Shown piece by piece: positions 7,720-15,399 of a stretch of 15,399 nt of DNA; position 1 is the first letter of the stretch, and the number at the start of each line of letters is the position of its first letter. The stretch is from positions 1-15,399 of the forward strand of contig JAHLWS010000020.1 of the NCBI GenBank assembly GCA_019057795.1, in the 5' to 3' direction. Both the position numbers and the translations under genes were made by a program. The notes under the pieces are model-generated. The model was not told the origin of the DNA, did not search any database, and saw nothing but the letters and a program-made list of their open reading frames with translations. The DNA is from Promethearchaeota archaeon. Its GTDB lineage: Archaea > Asgardarchaeota > Lokiarchaeia > Sigyniarchaeales > SOKP01.

Positions 7720-8583
7720 ATGAAGCAAACAACACGCAGTAAAGGAATCGAGCGCAAAATTTTAATAGAATTATATAAATTTGCTTTAGAATTTTCAAAT
7801 CAGGACATCCCGCAATTGTATGAGCTAGGACATTATTTAACAGACAATATAATATCAAAAATTTGCATGTTAATTGGAGAAGAAGAAGGAATCAATTATA
7901 AATTCACTAATAGTCGAGGAGCTGAACAAACGAAGGGATTTTATTGGTTGTACAATGATATTTTAAAACAGATATATCCAAGTGCTCCCGATTACTCTGA
8001 TATTGAAAAATTACACGAAAAAAGGAATATATACTAGCATAGTGAGTGGTCTATTACTTATCATTACAACCACGAGTTTGCGCGTAATTACATTAAAGAA
8101 GCCAAGAATATTATGATTGCTACCAATATAATAAAAACAGGTAATGAAATAAACCCAACTAACTATTTATTGAAAAAAAACACTAAGCTTGATCGAAGCA
8201 AAGACATTAAAACAAATTTGTTGAAGTGCCACCATGAGTTAGAAAATATTTGTGATTTTTATTTTCAACTTAAACATCCTGATATTAATTATGAAAATGA
8301 AATTGACCGGTCTAAAGCATTTATTTCATTAAAAACCTTGGAAAAGTATCGAAGTGATTGCTTTGAACAACTATAGCTGTATTATAGGGAAGATGAGCCT
8401 AATTTTAAATTTATAGGGACGACAAGTATAAGAATCGTTTATGAGCAATCAGAGATATCTATTTCCATAAAAATAGAACGAATTGAACATGCTTATATGA
8501 TATTAGGAAAAAAATATGTAGAACATAAATCCGAAGTCGAACCGTTATTGGAACAATTATTAGAGAAAATAAACAAATTATAA
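7720..8583 (+). pseudogene. HEPN-domain protein gene (287 codons) interrupted by two in-frame TAG codons
   Basis: ORFs 7720-8037, 8113-8376 and an unlisted segment 8377-8583 share one frame, broken only by TAG 8035-8037 and TAG 8374-8376. The first TAG lies in LHEKRNIY*H, an Rx4H HEPN motif. Confidence 0.75.
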
Positions 8584-9089
8584 ACTCTTCTTTATGCGAA
8601 AATGCGTGAAAAATGGATGTAAAAAACTTTTTATTGGAAAATGGAATATAAAAGTTGTCTTATTTTTTTTTATATTCGATTATTCTCTTTCTAATAGCCT
8701 CATATGTGGAAATCTGAGATACTAAAAAAAATTTTAGAACAAAGCTTTTTTAAATGCAATTGATAGGTAAAACAGCAATTTCATTATTGTAAAAAATATC
8801 TAAAAAACTCACTTAAGATACTTCTTCTTGGCAACTCTCAAATTAAAAAAAAAGCTACTTATGGAATTAGAAATTAGAATTATTTTCTTACTATAGCCTT
8901 GTTTAGAATAATTATTTTAATTCAGATGGATAAATTACATTATATGGTTTTTTCCAAACTTGGTGTTAAGAAATTAATATTAATGAGTTAATTACTAATC
9001 TAGATGAGCGAATCAAAGGTTTAATTACTAACTATAATGATAGCTCTTGGTACTTACTTCTAAAAATATTTTATGAAAATCCAAAGCAA

Positions 9090-12000
9090 TTGATAAAACA
9101 CTTTCATCTAGTACAGGATAGATTTTTAAAAGATTTTGAAAGGTTTTCTGAAGTTTTTAGATCGCAAGAGGAACCAAGACGCTATTTAGGATTAAATAAT
9201 GCTTATAAATTCTACTTTGAAATTGTTAGATATAAGAAGAGTTACTTTAAACAAGAATTTAAAAATTTGTTAATTGATAGAATTCAAAACCAGATTTCTT
9301 CGATTCAAAGTAGCGATTTAGAATTAATATGTAATGCTGTTGGTATTGAAATTATAAAACGATTAAATTTGGAAATATTAAAGGATAAACATTTGTTATC
9401 TGTTCTAATAGAAACTAATCCTTCTCTGATAAAAGAATATTTCCAAGAGATTATTCAAAGAAAATATTATAGTCATGGATATGTGTTGATTGATTTAGTA
9501 CCAGAACTAATACCTCAATTTTCTAAAGAAATTAAATTGATTTTAGATAATATAAAGTTATTCAAAAGTCATTATAGCGACGCAATAGAAAGAATATTTT
9601 CCGAATATGATGAAATCCGTGATTATCTTATTAAAAAAAGAGGAAGAGAAAAGTATGAATTTCTTAAAAGAATAAACAATATTTTGGAAGATTTAGAAAA
9701 CTTTGAGATTGAATCAACCTGGCTCCAAGATAACTCTCATTTTCTTACTGAAAATGTCGATATGTATAATAATAAAGAATTAGAATTAATCATTAAAACC
9801 ATAATCGCTTTGAAAATTCAATATAAATCGAAAAAACCTAAAACTTATTGGACTGGTCGTTGTCTTATTAGCATTAGTCACGCTAATAAAAAAGAATTTT
9901 TTAAGGGTTATATCAATGAATTATTAGATTTAGGATATTTCCAAGTTGTAAAGGAATTTCTTGAAGACTTTCCTCATCTGATTCAAAATTATAAAGAAAA
10001 TTTATTAGAAAATTTAGAATCCTATATGATTTTTGAGTTATTTACCAAATTTAATAAAGAATTTCGGTTGGAACATCCAGAAAATATCTTCATAGATATG
10101 TTTAGACAAGAATATTCTTTTGATTTGTTATATTTCAGTTTTTATGAGAATTATCCAAGTAGAATCCCTCTTTTTAACAAGTTACTTGAAGATTACTTTA
10201 ACAAAGCTTCCTATAACAGTGATTATGATATCTCCAATTATATTCGGAAGATTTTTGGTACTAGGAATTCTATTAAATTAAATTATTCCATTGATTTTTT
10301 AAATCAAAAATTAGATGAGTATATGAATAATGAAAAGGCTGTAGAATTCTTTAGACCTAGAGATAGTATCTATTTAATACATAATTTTAATAATATAAGA
10401 GAGGATTTAAAAATAAATTTAGTAAGGACAATTTTTAAACATCACTGGTTTGAGGAATATGGTTCATTATTAAATCTTGAATTTAGTTCATCTAAAGAAT
10501 ATTTTGATGAATTTCTAAAGTGTATACCTCCTGACGAGTATAATTTATTCGTATTTTATGAGATCCTTAAAATAATGATAAGAAATGAGCAAGGAAATGG
10601 ATTACTTCATAAAAAAATATTTAATAAAATGAAAGAACTCTCAAGTCATATTTCTAAAGCACAGATTCTTTCATTCCTTGGTTTCCATCAAAATAGTTCA
10701 GAGGAATATATAAATTTAATCAAGAATGAGTATAAACTCTCGAATTCAATAGTTCTTTACCTTGACTATAAATTGGAATACATTGAATCATCCATTGAAT
10801 TTCTAAAGCACAATCATATAACAAATGCTATAGATGAATTGGGTGAGATTAAAACAAGATTTTTTGAATATAACAAAAATGATGAAAGAATTAGTATATT
10901 TAATTTTAAATATCAAAATTATAAAGCTCGTTTATTATTTGCTAAAGGAATATTTCTTTTACAAGATTGGAAGTTTAATAATGCAAAAGAAATATTCATA
11001 AAATCTTCCATAATTTACAAAAACCTTATGGAAAGTTTTATCACTACTGATGAATCTAAATTAATCTTTTCCGTATATAAAGAAATTAACAATATTTTTC
11101 AGAATAAAATTATTTTGATCGAATCATCAATTAAAAATGGAAATCCATCATTAAAAGATATTAATAAAAGATTAAAAAGTGAATTCAAGAGAATATTAAG
11201 TGTACTTCCTCCAAATTCTTTAAAATTATCAAGAATGAAAAACTCAATCGAACAAATACTGATAACTTCAAAAAATGTCTTAAAACAGATAAAATTGGAA
11301 CCACCAACGCTTTTTTGCCGAAATGAGCCCTTATTAAATGGAAAAGTCTTAAAAAAAGTTGATTATGAGCTAGATTCAAATGGAAAAGTGACAGAAAAAT
11401 ATGACAAAATCCTTGAATGGGATTCACAAAATCGTATGCTAACCTCTGAATCTTTAGAATTGACAACATCTTCTATGGATTATTTATTAGAACTACAATT
11501 TCTAGAAGAAAATGAAAGTTATAATTACGATATTGAAATTAAAACATCTGAAGATATAAAAATATATGAGAAAGGTACAAAAAAAAGTAAAGGAAAGTTC
11601 AAATATTACTTCGAAATTTCTAGTCCTCTATTTAATGGAGCAAAAAAAATTGAGATTCATTTAAACTTAGATGACACATGTGCTAGAAAAAGAGTACTAA
11701 AATTACTTACTCATCATGAGGAAGATGATAAATTTAGAAAAAATTCAAAATTTATTTCTCGATTTATTGACACAGGATTCCCAGAATCTACAAATTATCT
11801 CAAGAATCGGATGCTTGAATATTTTGAAAAAATAGAAATCTATACCAAAAAGAATCTGGAAAATTTCTGTAAAATTATTAGTTATCTAGTAAATTTAATG
11901 GAACTGAGTGATGAGGATGGGTATTATCTACAAAAAGAAGCTGAAAAATTTTGGAATGAGCACAAGAATGATTCCCCAATTAATATGGAAACTAGATGGT

Positions 12001-12398
12001 TTCAAAAAGAGTTAAATAGCCTATTAATTAACAACTTTAAGTCACAAAATGTAATTTGGGACCCTAAAATAACTCGCGGTAAAGTGGATTTTTTGGTGTT
12101 CAATTTACCCGTTGAAGCCAAGTGCTATAATGATACGAGAAATCCTAATACTAAAGAAAAGACGGGATTAACGATGCTTGATGAAGAAATTTCTCAAACT
12201 TATCAATATTGTTCTCATACAAATATTGGTGTGCAAATACTTTTTGATTTCCGGGATAAAGAGATGAAAAAAGACTACAAACTTCATTCTATCACCGAAA
12301 GGATTAAGTTTAAAAAGGACGGACATAAATTAATATGTCAACTCGTTATACTTAGAAGACATACTCCTTCGGAAATAAAGAAAATAAAAGAAAATTAA
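9090..12398 (+). CDS. Large helical-repeat/TPR-like protein with C-terminal PD-(D/E)XK nuclease domain (5' end probably truncated)
   Basis: Recurrent xPxLIxxY/F helical motif in the N-terminal third; TPR-like ARLLFAKGIFLLQDWKFNNAKEIFIKSSIIY; beta-rich segment ~aa 790-870; C-terminal METRWFQKEL...GKVDFLV..PVEAK...QTYQY. The TTG start has no RBS and the frame is open back to 8970. Confidence 0.75.
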   Translation: MIKHFHLVQDRFLKDFERFSEVFRSQEEPRRYLGLNNAYKFYFEIVRYKKSYFKQEFKNLLIDRIQNQISSIQSSDLELICNAVGIEIIKRLNLEILKDKHLLSVLIETNPSLIKEYFQEIIQRKYYSHGYVLIDLVPELIPQFSKEIKLILDNIKLFKSHYSDAIERIFSEYDEIRDYLIKKRGREKYEFLKRINNILEDLENFEIESTWLQDNSHFLTENVDMYNNKELELIIKTIIALKIQYKSKKPKTYWTGRCLISISHANKKEFFKGYINELLDLGYFQVVKEFLEDFPHLIQNYKENLLENLESYMIFELFTKFNKEFRLEHPENIFIDMFRQEYSFDLLYFSFYENYPSRIPLFNKLLEDYFNKASYNSDYDISNYIRKIFGTRNSIKLNYSIDFLNQKLDEYMNNEKAVEFFRPRDSIYLIHNFNNIREDLKINLVRTIFKHHWFEEYGSLLNLEFSSSKEYFDEFLKCIPPDEYNLFVFYEILKIMIRNEQGNGLLHKKIFNKMKELSSHISKAQILSFLGFHQNSSEEYINLIKNEYKLSNSIVLYLDYKLEYIESSIEFLKHNHITNAIDELGEIKTRFFEYNKNDERISIFNFKYQNYKARLLFAKGIFLLQDWKFNNAKEIFIKSSIIYKNLMESFITTDESKLIFSVYKEINNIFQNKIILIESSIKNGNPSLKDINKRLKSEFKRILSVLPPNSLKLSRMKNSIEQILITSKNVLKQIKLEPPTLFCRNEPLLNGKVLKKVDYELDSNGKVTEKYDKILEWDSQNRMLTSESLELTTSSMDYLLELQFLEENESYNYDIEIKTSEDIKIYEKGTKKSKGKFKYYFEISSPLFNGAKKIEIHLNLDDTCARKRVLKLLTHHEEDDKFRKNSKFISRFIDTGFPESTNYLKNRMLEYFEKIEIYTKKNLENFCKIISYLVNLMELSDEDGYYLQKEAEKFWNEHKNDSPINMETRWFQKELNSLLINNFKSQNVIWDPKITRGKVDFLVFNLPVEAKCYNDTRNPNTKEKTGLTMLDEEISQTYQYCSHTNIGVQILFDFRDKEMKKDYKLHSITERIKFKKDGHKLICQLVILRRHTPSEIKKIKEN

Positions 12399-12434
12399 AA
12401 TTATTCTAAGTTTCATTAAATTCAACTAATAACC

Positions 12435-12455
12435 AGTTCAATCGTATATTGAACT
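12435..12455. promoter_or_regulatory. Perfect 8-5-8 inverted repeat, candidate operator of the ArsR-type regulator
   Basis: AGTTCAAT-CGTAT-ATTGAACT; ~22 nt upstream of TTTATATG (12478-12485); GAGG RBS at 12507-12510. Confidence 0.6.
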
Positions 12456-12518
12456 TAAATATAGTATTTTAATATTATTTATATGATTAAAAAAAATATG
12501 CAATTAGAGGTTTGAAAA

Positions 12519-12857
12519 ATGGAAGTTCCAGTTAATATTTTTGAGGAATTAGATAAAACTAAAGCAAAAGAAATTTCTGACGCAGTTTATAATTCCGCTC
12601 GTAGATATTTATTAGCTTTTGTATATTTACATGAACCAATTGTATTTAAAGATTTAGCTAATCACTTTAAAATGCAATCAAATTTATTATCATATCATTT
12701 GAATAAATTAAAAATGGCGGGTTTAATAAAAAACGAATATATTGCAGAGAGAGAAGCGAATAAAGGGTATTCAAAATATTCTATATCTGAGACCGGAAAA
12801 AAATTCTTAGAATTAACAAAAGCGAAAGAATTTTTAGATAAAGTAAAAGACAAATAA
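12519..12857 (+). CDS. ArsR/SmtB-type winged helix-turn-helix transcription regulator
   Basis: AVYNSARRYLL...FKDLANHFKMQSNLLSYHLNKLKMAGLI...YSISETGKKFL; followed by T8/T7 terminator-like tracts. Confidence 0.9.
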   Translation: MEVPVNIFEELDKTKAKEISDAVYNSARRYLLAFVYLHEPIVFKDLANHFKMQSNLLSYHLNKLKMAGLIKNEYIAEREANKGYSKYSISETGKKFLELTKAKEFLDKVKDK

Positions 12858-12859
12858 TA

Positions 12860-12879
12860 ATTTTTTTTCCATTTTTTTA
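12860..12879 (+). terminator. Oligo-T archaeal terminator-like tract
   Basis: Two T runs (TTTTTTTTTCCATTTTTTT) directly after the wHTH gene stop. Confidence 0.45.
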
Positions 12880-12901
12880 GATTCTGTTAGTAGTACTAAT
12901 A

Positions 12902-12946
12902 TTTTGTCAGTAAATCAGCAATGAATTTTTGTCAATTTTTGTCAAT
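12902..12946. repeat. TTTTGTCA direct repeats (three copies, two as a 10-bp tandem)
   Basis: TTTTGTCA at 12902-12909; AATTTTTGTC at 12924-12933 and 12934-12943. Confidence 0.6.
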
Positions 12947-12964
12947 ATTTTCCTGGTTTTATGA

Positions 12965-13390
12965 TCATATTTTGTACGTGATATTAAGATTAAAATAAAA
13001 TTCTTCGTGAATTTCAAGACAAATAAGTTGTCCATGCGGAGGGGCGCCAAAAAGTGGATGATTCAACTGCTCACCCCTTTATTCAAAATTTTTAAAGGAA
13101 AACACGCGACCACCAACTTAATAGAAAGCAAACATTCCCAGGTGAAGGGGAGCGGGGCTGGATGAAAGCAGAAAGATGACCAGTACGGACATCAATTATT
13201 TACATTACGTGCCTTTATCGTGGAGCATGAATATATCCCTTTCACGAATCTCGCGGGGCGTCCCTTGTATGAATATCTAATGAAAGACCAAAAAAGAAAG
13301 AGGTCGGGTACAAAATCCTTGAAGACAAGCGTAATTCCGTTCAAACTGTTTTGAGCGCTTTTGAGTAAAAGTTTATTTTTCACCATGACC
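12965..13390 (+). mobile_element. IS remnant: 3' part of a DDE transposase (IS256/ISH6-like) and probable right end
   Basis: GC-richer patch reading ...WMIQLLTPLFKIFKGKHATTNLIESKHSQVKGSGAG*KQKDDQYGHQLFTLRAFIVEH...; TTNxIES motif at 13109-13129; TGA 13163-13165; likely frameshift in the A-run near 13290 to EVGYKILEDKRNSVQTVLSAFE* (13368); patch ends at ...CACCATGACC 13390 (GGT-starting end on the minus strand). Confidence 0.6.
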
Positions 13391-13713
13391 TAAAAGTAAT
13401 TATACCCTATTTTTTTATCTTCACTATTTATTTCTTATAGTAGGTAATCCGCTATTTTTTTTGGATTTTTAATTATTCAAATAAAGAAGTATATAATTTC
13501 CAAATGAAAATATTAACAAGAATACTTAAAGTATGCGAAAATAATTAATGCGTTATAAATAAATATAGCTCTATTTTCATATATTTTTTTAGAATTTCAA
13601 TAAATATCTACTTTTGCTTACAGTTGATTCCTTATTTAACATTCCAATAATTAGAAATATGAATTATTACTTATTTATTAAAAGTGAAGAAGTGTCTTAA
13701 TTATTCATAAATT

Positions 13714-15183
13714 TTGATGATAAATATGAAGCGACATATTTATATTATTAGAGTTAATTACTTAAGAATTACTTCTCCGATAAAATTAACTGATGATATA
13801 ACATTGATCCCTTATGGATATGAAAAAGACGGAGAAGAACAATCAGATGTAACTATAAATCATGATATTTCATTTGACGATAATTCTTATTCATATCTCT
13901 TTATTGAAAAAGATGTAGAGTTAGGAGAGAAAGAGTTAAATAATGAAATTCGTCAGATTATATCACTTTTTTCTTTTGTTGTTTCAAATCAGTTAGATCT
14001 TTTCGGATTCTTTGAAAATTTTCATATTCATTATAAAAATAAAAGTAAGATTATTCTTGAGCAAGCAGTAATTTGTCCATTTCATAAATATCCATTAGAT
14101 AGATCTTATAGTTTAGTATATCAAAAAGAAAAAAATATGTTAAAAGCAGTTATTAATAAAATGTATGAGATATTCATAAAAAAACCTATCTCAAATTCAT
14201 TTTATTATATTATTAATGAATATTTAATAAGTAAAAGAGAAAAAATTCCAGCAATTAAAGCTGCTTTTGCTTGGAATACCTTAGAACATATGGCTGCCAA
14301 ATATTGGGAAGAGATTGATAAATCTAAATTATATATTATCAGTAAGAAAAAGTTTGATAACCTTATCAAGAAATTGAAAAAAGAATTCCATATCTTTCTA
14401 GATAATAATATAGACGAGGATAAAGATGTGTTAGTATCTAATAACTCTCCATCAAATTATCGGATAAACTATCGAAGTTTATTGAATCAAGGTCTAAGTG
14501 AGAGTATTTATAGATTTTCACCGATTTTATATAAAATAGATCAAATGTTTAAGAATGAAGGAATTCAATTAAAAGATAAAGAGATTGCGTTAATTAAGAA
14601 GATGAAGAGAATAAGAGACTTAATGTACCATGAAGGTTTAGATGGAGATAAGATAGAACGAGAAATAAGACAAGATCCAATTACGATAATACAAAAATTT
14701 TTAAAATTACTATATCTTAAGATTTGGGAATTTTTCGGTTTCTTTAATGAAATTACTGAATATAAGAAGAAATTAATACAATTCAAGGAAATTAAAATGA
14801 GTCAAGAAGAACTAAATAAAGCTATCAGAATTAAGAATTATGATGAAAAAATTAGATTATTCAATAATCTTGAGACGATTCACAATAGAATAGAGAAGAA
14901 TTCAGATAAGCCTATTAAAGCTGAGATAATAGGAAAAGACCAGAATTATGATATTATGATAAATTTAGGTTATAACAAGAAAACAGGTCGTGATTCACTT
15001 ATAATTCATAATTTACCCCAGAACTTTAAATCTTATGGTAATATTATTAAAATCAAAACAAATTTTGACAATTTAGAATTAATATTTGAATTTCAAGGTC
15101 TTTTTAAGTTTGGTGCATTTAGAAAGATTATTCTTCAGAATACTATTGAAATAGAAATTTTAGAGGAAATCCCTAAAAAGTAA
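13714..15183 (+). CDS. ApeA-like HEPN-domain protein (putative defence RNase)
   Basis: Beta-rich N-terminus with EIRQIISLFSFV helix; AFAWNTLEHMA helix; RDLMYH Rx4H motif at 14614-14631; extra C-terminal beta-rich region. True start may be ATG 13717 or 13726. Confidence 0.7.
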   Translation: MMINMKRHIYIIRVNYLRITSPIKLTDDITLIPYGYEKDGEEQSDVTINHDISFDDNSYSYLFIEKDVELGEKELNNEIRQIISLFSFVVSNQLDLFGFFENFHIHYKNKSKIILEQAVICPFHKYPLDRSYSLVYQKEKNMLKAVINKMYEIFIKKPISNSFYYIINEYLISKREKIPAIKAAFAWNTLEHMAAKYWEEIDKSKLYIISKKKFDNLIKKLKKEFHIFLDNNIDEDKDVLVSNNSPSNYRINYRSLLNQGLSESIYRFSPILYKIDQMFKNEGIQLKDKEIALIKKMKRIRDLMYHEGLDGDKIEREIRQDPITIIQKFLKLLYLKIWEFFGFFNEITEYKKKLIQFKEIKMSQEELNKAIRIKNYDEKIRLFNNLETIHNRIEKNSDKPIKAEIIGKDQNYDIMINLGYNKKTGRDSLIIHNLPQNFKSYGNIIKIKTNFDNLELIFEFQGLFKFGAFRKIILQNTIEIEILEEIPKK

Positions 15184-15227
15184 AATTTTTTTATCCTTGG
15201 GTTCTTTTTATAATTAATTCTTTTTGA

Positions 15228-15399
15228 GATTAATTCCTAAATCTTGTGTATATATAAATAATTTTTTCTTAATTAATAAAATTGCGCACTTCGCATCCAA
15301 GCTGTAATTGCAAGCGATTTACAATGTGATCGAGTCCTTGTCGATTCAAACTTGCTTTAAATGGCGCTTTCACGCGTTTATTGAGCCATTCCAGGTTTG
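15228..15399 (-). mobile_element. IS256/ISL3-like transposase C-terminus (15269-15399, continues beyond window) with candidate terminal inverted repeat
   Basis: Minus strand NLEWLNKRVKAPFKASLNRQGLDHIVNRLQLQLGCEVRNFIN* (TAA 15269-15271); NxExxNxxxK is the DDE Glu region; GATTAATTCCTAAATCTTGTGTA at 15228-15250 resembles IS256-family ends (...TTGTGTA). Confidence 0.55.

Noticed and set aside
11185-11469. 94-aa minus-strand ORF
   Set aside because: Shadow inside the 1102-aa gene; Leu/Phe richness reflects the A-rich sense strand.
13030-13270. GC-rich patch as structured ncRNA or tRNA
   Set aside because: No cloverleaf or convincing long stems; explained by transposase coding sequence.
13192-13386. 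64-aa minus-strand ORF
   Set aside because: Antisense to the transposase remnant, which carries the recognisable motif.
14565-14786. 73-aa minus-strand ORF
   Set aside because: Antisense shadow over the HEPN motif region.
12965-15399. Composite transposon carrying the ApeA-like gene
   Set aside because: The two flanking IS ends are dissimilar in sequence and appear to belong to different elements.
1-15399. CRISPR array, rRNA/tRNA, reverse transcriptase or DGR repeats
   Set aside because: No regularly spaced repeats, RNA gene signatures, RT motifs or template/variable repeat pair seen by eye.

Overview
AT-rich archaeal accessory region, probably from an Asgard/Lokiarchaeia-like genome (inference from TATA/BRE promoters, AGGTGA ribosome-binding sites and an archaeal RPA). 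It reads as a partly decayed defence island with IS transposase 3' ends at both window edges (IS630-like left, IS256-like right) and a third DDE transposase remnant at ~13.0-13.4 kb. Cargo: three unrelated PD-(D/E)XK nuclease genes with no methyltransferase in the window (one a >1100-aa helical-repeat/TPR-like protein with a C-terminal nuclease), two HEPN RNase-like genes (one ApeA-like and intact, one split by two in-frame TAG codons), an ArsR-type wHTH regulator with an upstream 8-5-8 palindrome, a YghO-like GNAT, a stand-alone HRDC protein, an RPA-like OB-fold protein and a membrane protein. Manual reading of the 'intergenic' DNA shows several gene remnants missed by the ORF track, damaged mostly by point changes (in-frame stops, Cys->Tyr) rather than frameshifts. 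Best candidate new system: HEPN gene (7720-8583) + helical-repeat nuclease gene (possibly 8613-12398) + wHTH regulator (12519-12857). All family assignments come from motif recognition by eye; no searches were run.
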